Positions 1-8,188 of a stretch of 64,000 nucleotides of DNA are shown here, one piece after another (position 1 is the stretch's first letter; each line of letters opens with the position of its first letter). Location of the stretch: positions 1 to 64,000 of the IMG/VR virus record IMGVR_UViG_2974656638_000001, one strand, 5' to 3'. Source of the DNA: a virus. Lineage: Duplodnaviria; Caudoviricetes. The translations under genes were made by a program, and so were the position numbers. Under the pieces are notes generated by a model. The model was not told where the DNA came from and did no database searches. It saw nothing but the letters and a program-made list of their open reading frames with translations.

Positions 1-51
1 AAGGTTGTGCTAAATTAATACAGTAGAACTATGTGGAATGGAGGAAATATT

Positions 52-438
52 ATGAACAAGCCAGACAAAAATTTCTTTATGAAAATGATTATCGTTATTC
101 TATCAGGATTACTTGTGTTATTTGTTATAAACCTAGCATCTATCTACTTTGGGTACTCTCCTCACGTTGTAGCTACGTACTTTATGACAGGGGGCTTTAT
201 TGCGTATATCGTGATAAACTTATACGACCGAATTGTTTTCCAAAAAGGTTCTCCTAGGGAAGAACGAGAGAAACAAGAGAGACAAAAGATAGCATCTAGA
301 CAAAAAGCTTTAGAAAGCGTAGTAACTCAACGACTAGGTATCCCTATAGAGGAGCTAGATTTAGAAGTACTCATTCAGATGGAAAAGGATTTAGCAGACA
401 AAACTGCTAAAGGTAATAAAAATGAAAAAACTGAGTAG
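52..438 (+). CDS. Hypothetical membrane protein (2 predicted TM helices, charged C-terminus); possible holin-like protein
   Basis: GGAGG at 40-44 favours ATG 52 over ATG 31; two hydrophobic stretches. Confidence 0.7.
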   Translation: MNKPDKNFFMKMIIVILSGLLVLFVINLASIYFGYSPHVVATYFMTGGFIAYIVINLYDRIVFQKGSPREEREKQERQKIASRQKALESVVTQRLGIPIEELDLEVLIQMEKDLADKTAKGNKNEKTE

Positions 439-694
439 AGACGAGATAAAGAAAAGACGAAAATATTTCATTAACGAAGCAAAAAGAGTTACACATATAC
501 GAGCAGGAGACCGTAGAATAGCAACAGGTTCAAGAATATGTACCTTATGTGGTAGAAGTCTATCATCTCAGAAACGGTCTACAGGAGAGACCTTTGCCTC
601 AGTAAACCACATCCATTGTTACTTTAATGAACTTCTTATCGTTAACTTATGTGAAGATGCAACTTCTTGTTATAGAAGACATGAAAGGAGTTAG
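422..694 (+). CDS. Small hypothetical protein with Cys/His motifs (possible Zn binding)
   Basis: CTLC...HIHC...LCEDATSC; overlaps the upstream gene. Confidence 0.7.
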   Translation: MKKLSRDEIKKRRKYFINEAKRVTHIRAGDRRIATGSRICTLCGRSLSSQKRSTGETFASVNHIHCYFNELLIVNLCEDATSCYRRHERS

Positions 695-699
695 ATAGT

Positions 700-1116
700 A
701 TGAATTTAGACAACATAGAAAGAAACTTAAGCAAGAAAAAAACTACAGGAGATGCCGTAAAGGATGAGTTCAATGACATGGCTATGAAGCTACTAGCAGG
801 CTTTAAAGCAGATGTTTCGGCAGGAGATAAAAAATTAGAAGATGTAGCAGACATGGCTAGGCTGTTACAAACCTTTATACAAGTTAACAAAGAAGATAGT
901 GGTAGCGGAGGAACATCCACTTCTTTACCAGAGCTTAGTAGCTTGCAACAAGAAGCAATAACCAATCAGATAAAGACAGAGAGCGTAGTTTCAGGTGATA
1001 AAGAGCAAGAACTAGTAGACCTACAGGACTTAGCTAACATGACAGAAGAGGACGTACAACGGATGATAATGGATAAAGAAAAAGCAATGAACATGGAAAA
1101 TGAGGAGACGTTTTAA
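700..1116 (+). CDS. Probable terminase small subunit
   Basis: 138 aa, helical; AAGGAG RBS; coupled (TAATG) to the terminase large subunit. Call is positional. Confidence 0.6.
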   Translation: MNLDNIERNLSKKKTTGDAVKDEFNDMAMKLLAGFKADVSAGDKKLEDVADMARLLQTFIQVNKEDSGSGGTSTSLPELSSLQQEAITNQIKTESVVSGDKEQELVDLQDLANMTEEDVQRMIMDKEKAMNMENEETF

Positions 1117-3300
1117 TGGATGGCAACACTCTTTTAAAGATGGCGCAAGAAACTTTTCAAACAGAAAATGTAACTACAGAGCAGTTAAACTATGTTCTGG
1201 ATATGCTAACTCCATCAACATATTTACTAAGAAACCACAAAGTAAGAAATCATAACATTACGTTCTCTATTGCAAACAAGTCTACTGAAAAGGCGCAGGC
1301 ACATCGACCTTGGCAACCTAAGATTATAAATGACTCCCACCCGAATGTAGCTGTTATTAAGTCAAGACAATTAGGGTTAAAATTAGCCCCTCTATAAAGT
1401 AATTTATAAAGAAAACTCTGTTAAACGGGCATAGGAAAATAACCAATATCCTGATAAGAGACCCTAAATCCTAAGTAGGACAGTGGGAATCCCGTGCTAA
1501 ATCAGGCGCAAGCTTGTAAATGCCTAACGACTAAATTTCTAGGTAGCTAACCAAATGGGGTTAGTGAGAACTAGATAAGAAAATATATTCTCTTACGATA
1601 CCAACTGAAAAACTCTATCAGATGTTAAAAAATTCTTAGAAGAAAATATAAAGTAAAGCAGAGCAACCTAAACCAAAAAATTAGGTTGATGATATAGTCT
1701 AGTCCCCTAATAAATATCGGGAAACCGAGGGTATAACGTAAGTGAGATGGGTGTAGGGAGTATGATTCATTTTGCAGATACACACAGCTATGCAGCTGTT
1801 AAATGTTTATACACGTTTCCTACAGGTGAACAGATGCGTAAATTTGTACAGTCACGGTTAGACCCTGTACTTGAGTCTAGTTACTATAGTTCTATTCTAG
1901 ACAAAGATAACAACAGTCTGAACTACAAAAGAATACGAAATAGTCACCTTTACTTTAGAACATCTAGTAAGCCCGGAGCTGTAGAGGGTGTAGATATTGA
2001 CTACTTATCCATGGATGAATATGACAGAGTTCCTGTTTTCTCAGAGGCTTCCGCTTTAGAGTCTATGGCTAGTTCACCCTTTAAAATTGTTAGAAGATGG
2101 TCTACACCATCAGCTCCCGGTATGGGAATACACCGATTATTCGAAAACTCAGACCAACATTGGTACTTGCATAAATGTGAAAAATGTAACCACTGGAACC
2201 AACTAGACTACGAGGACTACGACAGTAGCTCTGTAGAAGCAGGAGGAAATATACTATGTGTAAATCCACAAGGTGTTGATACCTTAGCTAAAACAGTTGT
2301 AGAAGGTTCGTTCCAATTCGTATGTAAAAAATGTGGAGCCCCATTAGACCGTTGGTATAATGGTGAATGGGTAGCAAAGCACCCTGATAGAACAAAAAAT
2401 GGAGACGGTATTAGAGGATATATGATTTCTCAGATGAATGCTGTTTGGATAAGTGCTGATGACTTAAAACGTAAAGAACTAAATTCACTTTCAAAACAAG
2501 CATTTTTTAACTATACACTAGGGTACCCATTCGAAGATGCTAAACTAGCAGTTTATAGTGAAGATATTATAGAAAATCCAAGCCCAAGAGTAAAGGTTCC
2601 AATGCACAGCAGAGGAGATTACAAGTACATTTCTGTTGGTATAGACTGGGGAAATACACACTGGGTTTCTGTTCATGGTATGACGGAAAGAGGAGAAATA
2701 GACTTGATAAGACTGTTTAGTGTTGAGAAGAGTCGAGGAGTAGGTAATATTGAGTCTGATTTAGATAAGATTATCCTAGAAGTATCTATGTACAACCCTG
2801 ATATGATTGTAGCTGACGTAGGGGATAGCGGGAACTACGTGGACAAATTAGTAAAACATTTCGGAGAAGACCGAGTATTTGGTTGTATTTATAAGTCCAG
2901 CCCTAAATCTACAGGTCAGTTGAAACCGCAGTGGAATGAAGCAGGGAATGTAGTTACTGTAGACAAGTTAATGCAGAACAAAAGATATATTATAGAAATG
3001 AAGACAAAGAAAGTTAACTTCTATAGCTTTATAGACCCTATGCTAAAACTATTGGTAGACCATTGGAGAAACGTTGTAATACAAGACGAAGAGGACGAAA
3101 AAGATGGAACTTTCTACCAAGTTATTGGCAGAAGAGGAGACGACCATTTAGCGCAGGCATCAGTGTACAGCTTTATTGGTTTAGACAGACTAGCTGATAT
3201 GTATTTGAGAGGCTCTAAGTATGAGTTCAACTCTACTTTTGTAACAAGCAACTACCAAGATGTTTCGTCAACACCACCAGATATATTCAGTAAATATTAA
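1116..3300 (+). CDS. terL: Terminase large subunit, spliced: join(1116..1377,1739..3300), 607 aa
   Basis: Splicing restores VIKSRQLG-L-SEMGV (Walker A region); also MDEYD (Walker B), WSTP, CxxC pairs, GIDWG nuclease motif. Confidence 0.93.
1378..1738 (+). ncRNA. Group I self-splicing intron (IA2-like, 361 nt, no intact ORF) in terL
   Basis: Exon ends in U1377; P1 GGGU/GCCC (1386-1389); P AAACGGGC; Q AATCCCGTGCTAA; R AACGACTA 1526-1533; S GATATAGTC 1691-1699; terminal G1738; frame restored. Confidence 0.92.
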
Positions 3301-3312
3301 ATTAATTTAGTT

Positions 3313-3338
3313 AGGGGGCTATGCTCCCTTTCTTATTT
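3313..3338 (+). terminator. Putative intrinsic terminator after terL
   Basis: AGGGGGC-TAT-GCTCCCT followed by a T-rich tract. Confidence 0.55.
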
Positions 3339-3368
3339 GTGTTATAATATAGACAAGGAGGTTTTACT

Positions 3369-4208
3369 GTGACAAATGAAGAGAAGTTTGACAAAGTAAT
3401 GTCTATCGTTAAAGAAGACAACTCTACCGTCCTACCTGACTCCGCTTCTATTAGTAAAGGAATTTTAAGAGAGTTGACACAGGAAAGTTTACAAGACTAC
3501 GGAGAGGTCATTGAAAAGAATGATTTTTTAAGCAGGGAGTTTAAACATATTGTTTCCCTCTACGGTTTTGACGACTTTTACTCACTATATGCCTATGCTG
3601 ATTTTTGCGATACTATGAGTAATCTAGCTATTAAAGGCGGGAACAAAGATTTATCTAAGTTAAAAAAGGTAAAAAGAACCGTTATGAGAAACGGAAAACC
3701 TACAGAGATGACTTTTTATGAGTCAACTACCGAAGAAGAGAATAAAGACAAGAAAGAAGAAAGTAATACCAAGCGCCAAGGAGTAAGCACAGTATCTGCA
3801 AAAGACTTACTTGCAGAGCTACTAAAGTCTAAAGGGGAACCAGAAAAAGTAACTCAGTTAATAAAAATAATTCTTAAATTCCCTGATACACCTGCTAACC
3901 CCAAAGTATCTGATTATTTTTACCAGTTAAAAGACGACTCGGGAGAAGTAGTCGCTGTGGCAGGTTACAGTATAGGAGCCCAATACGTCTCTCTTGATTT
4001 TTATACCAGTAATGGCTCTATTAGCGGAGTAGCATCAAGAGCGTTCTTTGAATTACTACGGATAGCAATAGAAAAAGACTTAGGAGCTGAATTAAATGAC
4101 GAGGATAACGAGCTAGCTCAAGTACTATTTTCAAAATTTAATTTTCAGCTAGATGAGGGAAAACAGAGAGTGTCTGCTAGAAACTTAAAAAAACACTTTA
4201 AGGGGTAA
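3369..4208 (+). CDS. Conserved putative virion protein with a GNAT-like C-terminal region
   Basis: GTG start with AAGGAGG; GGNKDLSKLKKVKRTVMRNGK motif; C-terminal pattern resembles GNAT motifs A/B. Confidence 0.65.
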   Translation: MTNEEKFDKVMSIVKEDNSTVLPDSASISKGILRELTQESLQDYGEVIEKNDFLSREFKHIVSLYGFDDFYSLYAYADFCDTMSNLAIKGGNKDLSKLKKVKRTVMRNGKPTEMTFYESTTEEENKDKKEESNTKRQGVSTVSAKDLLAELLKSKGEPEKVTQLIKIILKFPDTPANPKVSDYFYQLKDDSGEVVAVAGYSIGAQYVSLDFYTSNGSISGVASRAFFELLRIAIEKDLGAELNDEDNELAQVLFSKFNFQLDEGKQRVSARNLKKHFKG

Positions 4209-4212
4209 CTAT

Positions 4213-4410
4213 ATGTTGCCATTCTATTCAATATATGCTATAATAATAGCATGTGTTATATACACAGTTATCTTTATTTTAGTAGTACGCAGAATGTATC
4301 GTAAAGCAGACAAACGAGAGAAGGAAAAAGAAGACATTCTTAACACTATGACAGAAATAACAGAGGAAATAAAAACATTTATTGGAGGAGAAAATAACAA
4401 TGACAATTGA
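4213..4410 (+). CDS. Small membrane protein (1 TM plus charged tail)
   Basis: Hydrophobic residues 5-25, then RRMYRK. Confidence 0.7.
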   Translation: MLPFYSIYAIIIACVIYTVIFILVVRRMYRKADKREKEKEDILNTMTEITEEIKTFIGGENNNDN

Positions 4411-5038
4411 GAACACGAAGACTTTAGAACAAACACTAAATACTGTAGCCGAGGAAAAAGATTATGACTTATTCCTATCAACGTTGGCGGGGGTAGTTAA
4501 ATCACTATACAAAGAGTACCAATTTCTTAGACAAGACCCAGCACCCGAGGATAAAACATCAGGAAACATTTTGATTTTCCAAATTTTCCGAGGAGACCCT
4601 GACGGTTATGCTAAAGATTTTGATACACTGTTTAAAATTGCAGTAGACAGAAATTTAGAGCACAGAAAAATATCCCAAAAATTCTTTGAATGGGTAGAGA
4701 AAGGTAAGTTCTTAGAGTTGGGTGATAACATCGTTATTAGCAGGGATGGTACAGGAGTAAGCTCTATTGTTGAGTCTGTTGAACTTAAAGTTTTTATTAC
4801 TTTTATGACTAAAAGTTATGCCGAAGAACGAGAAGATTTTTTAGCTAAAGAGAAGGAAAAGCAAGAAGAGGCTAAAAAGAAAGAAGAAGAGCGACTAGCT
4901 CTAAAAGAGGAATCGTATAAATCTTTAGGAGAGGCTACAGAAATGCTAAATACTCTCATGGAAGAGCAAGGTGTATCTCCTGAGGAGCTTGCTTTAGCTT
5001 TAGAACAGGGGAAGGAGAGTTATCGTAATGCACGATAA
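4400..5038 (+). CDS. Hypothetical protein
   Basis: GGAGGAG 4384-4390 supports ATG 4400. Confidence 0.75.
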   Translation: MTIENTKTLEQTLNTVAEEKDYDLFLSTLAGVVKSLYKEYQFLRQDPAPEDKTSGNILIFQIFRGDPDGYAKDFDTLFKIAVDRNLEHRKISQKFFEWVEKGKFLELGDNIVISRDGTGVSSIVESVELKVFITFMTKSYAEEREDFLAKEKEKQEEAKKKEEERLALKEESYKSLGEATEMLNTLMEEQGVSPEELALALEQGKESYRNAR

Positions 5039-5408
5039 TGAATTTGAAGTACCTGAGAGTGTTATTAATGCTTCTGCTACACCTTTTGAGGCGCCTGATA
5101 GAACAAAAGATACCTACCAAAGTTCATTAAAGAACTGGTTGGACAGAGTAAAATCAGTCGGAGATGCAGGAATGTCACGAGAGTTTGTTATTCGTATTCC
5201 AGCAAAGGCACTAGAGGAGAACAACCCAGAAGCTACCTTATTTTTAAAACAGTGTAACGAAATAAAAAGAAACCCTAAGTGCAACCTTCCTATTAAAATT
5301 GAAAAAACAGTAGAGAAGTACAAAGACAAGAAACACTTAATGTTAGACTTGGTGTTCACTTATAGTAATAAAACAGATATTGATGCAGTAAATAGTGTAA
5401 TAAAATAA
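5028..5408 (+). CDS. Hypothetical protein
   Basis: AAGGAG RBS; overlaps the upstream gene. Confidence 0.75.
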   Translation: MHDNEFEVPESVINASATPFEAPDRTKDTYQSSLKNWLDRVKSVGDAGMSREFVIRIPAKALEENNPEATLFLKQCNEIKRNPKCNLPIKIEKTVEKYKDKKHLMLDLVFTYSNKTDIDAVNSVIK

Positions 5409-5413
5409 CAAAC

Positions 5414-5467
5414 AGGTTCCTCTTTACGTCTGCTATATTAGATAGTAGAAAACGTAAGGAGGAATTT
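5414..5467 (+). promoter_or_regulatory. Late promoter (TGCTATATTA 5431-5440) inside an RBS-sequestering hairpin upstream of the endolysin
   Basis: 5414-5429 pairs with 5452-5467, covering AAGGAGG; inner stem 5430-5436/5442-5448. Confidence 0.75.
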
Positions 5468-5471
5468 TTAT

Positions 5472-6497
5472 ATGGTAAAATATACCGTAGAGAACAAAAT
5501 TATTGCAGGATTACCTAAAGGTAAACTAAAAGGGGCTAACTTTGTTATTGCTCATGAAACTGCAAATAGCAAGTCTACTATTGACAATGAAGTAAGCTAC
5601 ATGACTAGGAACTGGAAGAACGCATTTGTAACTCACTTTGTAGGTGGCGGAGGTAGAGTCGTTCAGGTTGCTAATGTAAACTATGTTTCTTGGGGAGCAG
5701 GTCAGTATGCTAACTCTTATTCCTATGCGCAGGTAGAGTTGTGCCGTACAAGTAATGCAACTACATTTAAGAAAGACTATGAAGTGTACTGTCAATTACT
5801 AGTAGACCTAGCTAAAAAAGCAGGTATCCCTATTACACTTGACTCTGGTAGTAAAACTAGTGATAAAGGTATTAAATCCCATAAATGGGTTGCTGATAAG
5901 CTAGGAGGAACAACACACCAAGACCCATATGCTTACTTAAGCTCATGGGGTATTAGTAAAGCACAATTTGCTAGTGACTTGGCTAAAGTATCTGGCGGAG
6001 GAAACACAGGAACAGCGCCAGCTAAACCAAGCACACCAGCACCTAAACCAAGCACACCATCTACTAACCTAGACAAACTTGGCTTAGTAGACTACATGAA
6101 CGCTAAGAAAATGGACTCTAGCTACAGTAACAGAGCTAAGTTAGCTAAACAGTATGGTATTGCTAACTATTCAGGAACAGCTAGCCAGAACACTACACTC
6201 CTTAGTAAAATTAAAGGAGGAGCACCTAAACCAAGCACACCAGCACCTAAACCTAGTACATCTACAGCTAAGAAAATTTATTTCCCACCAAATAAAGGAA
6301 ACTGGTCTGTGTATCCAACAAATAAAGCACCCGTTAAGGCTAATGCTATTGGTGCTATTAACCCTACTAAATTCGGAGGATTGACTTACACTATCCAAAA
6401 AGATAGAGGAAACGGTGTATACGAAATCCAAACAGACCAATTCGGCAGAGTTCAAGTCTATGGTGCACCTAGTACAGGAGCAGTTATCAAAAAATAA
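5472..6497 (+). CDS. ply: Endolysin, N-acetylmuramoyl-L-alanine amidase (Ply511/PlyP100 type)
   Basis: Amidase_2 motifs IAHETAN, HFVG, QVELC, SHKW, HQDP; PKPST linkers; C-terminal cell-wall-binding region. Confidence 0.96.
   Translation: MVKYTVENKIIAGLPKGKLKGANFVIAHETANSKSTIDNEVSYMTRNWKNAFVTHFVGGGGRVVQVANVNYVSWGAGQYANSYSYAQVELCRTSNATTFKKDYEVYCQLLVDLAKKAGIPITLDSGSKTSDKGIKSHKWVADKLGGTTHQDPYAYLSSWGISKAQFASDLAKVSGGGNTGTAPAKPSTPAPKPSTPSTNLDKLGLVDYMNAKKMDSSYSNRAKLAKQYGIANYSGTASQNTTLLSKIKGGAPKPSTPAPKPSTSTAKKIYFPPNKGNWSVYPTNKAPVKANAIGAINPTKFGGLTYTIQKDRGNGVYEIQTDQFGRVQVYGAPSTGAVIKK
6022..6256 (+). repeat. Short coding repeats (PKPSTPAPKPST linkers) in ply
   Basis: CTAAACCAAGCACACCAGCACCTAAACC at about 6022-6058 and 6224-6256. 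Confidence 0.8.
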
Positions 6498-6510
6498 ATA
6501 ATGGTAAACT

Positions 6511-6543
6511 AGAGGAGACTTTTATAGTCTCTTCTTTTCTTTT
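6511..6543 (+). terminator. Intrinsic terminator after ply
   Basis: AGAGGAGACT-TTTAT-AGTCTCTTCT plus T tract. Confidence 0.8.
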
Positions 6544-6669
6544 GTAACAGTAGTGAAATAAAACTTAACCCCTTTGTAATATTATGGAATTACTTCTGTA
6601 ACACATCTATGTTATATTTAGTTGGTAATTTAAAAACGCATATGCGGAATATAGAAAGGAAACCAGCTA

Positions 6670-7398
6670 ATGAAAAAAGGAAGTAAGATTGCAATTGCTA
6701 CTGTAGTAGCTGTACTTATTGTCGTTACAGTTAGCCTAGGGTACCATACAGTTAAGTTGAATGAGACAAATGAGGCAAAGACAGAAGAGGTAGTTAAGCT
6801 AAAGGAGAATATCTCTAGTGTATCTAAAGATTTAGATAATTTAGGTAAAGAACATGAAAAGAAAGTCTCAGAATCCGAAGCTCTTAAGAAAGACCTTGAC
6901 AATAAAAAGAAAGAGTTAGAGGATAAGAACAAGAAAGAAGAGCAACTTAAAAAAGAAAAAGAAGAACTACAAAAACAAGTAAGCTATAAAAAGAGCTTAA
7001 AGAAAAAGGCAGTAGCAGAAAACATTCCAAATGCAACTAGTAGTAATAAAAGTGCTAAAACGGCAGAAAGCAAAGGAAATGGAAGAAGTTTTAACGTAGA
7101 AGTTACTTACTATGCTATTGGTGACGGTTTTACTCCCGGTGTACATACCGCAAATGGTACTAACATCAAAAACACAATAACAACATCAGAAGGACATCGA
7201 ATAATTGCTGTAGACCCATCAGTAATCCCTATGAACTCTATTGTTAAAGTAACTACAGGTAACGGAGAGAGTTTTGTAGCTAAAGCTTGTGATACAGGTG
7301 GAGCTATCAAAGGTAACATTATTGATATTTTAGTAGAACCTAGCGCAGATATTTATCAACTAGGGAGAACAACAGGTACTGTAGAAATTATTGGATAA
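6670..7398 (+). CDS. Membrane-anchored coiled-coil protein with a C-terminal 3D (MltA-like/Sps) lytic transglycosylase domain
   Basis: N-terminal TM/signal; IAVDPSVIPMNS and ACDTGGAIKGNIIDI are 3D-domain motifs. Confidence 0.88.
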   Translation: MKKGSKIAIATVVAVLIVVTVSLGYHTVKLNETNEAKTEEVVKLKENISSVSKDLDNLGKEHEKKVSESEALKKDLDNKKKELEDKNKKEEQLKKEKEELQKQVSYKKSLKKKAVAENIPNATSSNKSAKTAESKGNGRSFNVEVTYYAIGDGFTPGVHTANGTNIKNTITTSEGHRIIAVDPSVIPMNSIVKVTTGNGESFVAKACDTGGAIKGNIIDILVEPSADIYQLGRTTGTVEIIG

Positions 7399-7412
7399 TT
7401 TAAAGAAATAAG

Positions 7413-7447
7413 AGTCTGCAAGGTATAACAACCTTGTGGGCTTTTTT
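7413..7447 (+). terminator. Intrinsic terminator
   Basis: AGTCTGCAAGGT-N6-ACCTTGTGGGCT plus T tract. Confidence 0.8.
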
Positions 7448-7451
7448 ATTA

Positions 7452-7461
7452 TGCTATATTA
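7452..7461 (+). promoter_or_regulatory. Late promoter motif TGCTATATTA
   Basis: Same motif precedes ply, the protease and cps. Confidence 0.65.
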
Positions 7462-7499
7462 TATATGACGGATTATGAAGTTTGAGGAGGTATATTAAC

Positions 7500-7820
7500 G
7501 TGGTTATAACACAGATAGTGATGATTATAGCGATTATTATTACTACATTTCTTATTATTTATGGTATATACTCTTCTAGGAGAAAAACGTCTAAGTCGTT
7601 TAGACTAGTACTCAGATATGCTATAATGGTAGTAGGTCTTCTTATTGTCTACTATCTATTTCAAGTTTCCTCTATTGACATTCAACAGGATTTTTTACAG
7701 CACTTAAAAACAGGAGGTAACGGGATAGAAGAAGTTTTTTTCACAAATTTCTTTCTTATCATGGTAGGAGCAGTAGGTACACTTGTAGTACAACTATTCC
7801 AAAATAGAAAGAAGGATTAA
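7500..7820 (+). CDS. Membrane protein with 3 predicted TM helices (holin candidate)
   Basis: GAGGAGG 7484-7490 supports GTG 7500; three hydrophobic segments, basic C-terminus. Confidence 0.7.
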   Translation: MVITQIVMIIAIIITTFLIIYGIYSSRRKTSKSFRLVLRYAIMVVGLLIVYYLFQVSSIDIQQDFLQHLKTGGNGIEEVFFTNFFLIMVGAVGTLVVQLFQNRKKD

Positions 7821-7821
7821 T

Positions 7822-8172
7822 GTGTCATATACAAAAGACTCCTTGTGGTTGGAGACAAAAAAGGTTGCTAGAGATAATGGGTTTTTAGGTAACTGGATAG
7901 AGATGGTTGACTACTATGAGAGTATAGGAGGAAGCCATGTATTCGTTTATGCGGTTATGGAAGGTCAGAAGTACCGAATTTTAGGCGTTCTTAGCACGGA
8001 TGAGGTATTACTACTAAAAAGAGATTTAACGCTCTCAAAAGCCCTATATGAAGATGTTATGAATAGCAAAAAGATGTTTTTCTATAAAGAGGACAGTGAA
8101 AAGAAAAAAATAAAATTGACAGATGAAATAAGTAAGTTAGAAGATAAAGATAGTATCATAGTATATATGTAG
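7822..8172 (+). CDS. Conserved hypothetical protein upstream of the portal
   Basis: GTG start, 116 aa; synteny. Confidence 0.75.
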   Translation: MSYTKDSLWLETKKVARDNGFLGNWIEMVDYYESIGGSHVFVYAVMEGQKYRILGVLSTDEVLLLKRDLTLSKALYEDVMNSKKMFFYKEDSEKKKIKLTDEISKLEDKDSIIVYM

Positions 8173-8188
8173 GTAGGTGAAAAATAAA

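Noticed and set aside
1378-1738. Intein, group II intron or ribosomal bypass as the cause of the split terminase
   Set aside because: In-frame stops exclude an intein; no GUGYG or domain V; group I P/Q/R/S elements and U/G boundaries explain it.
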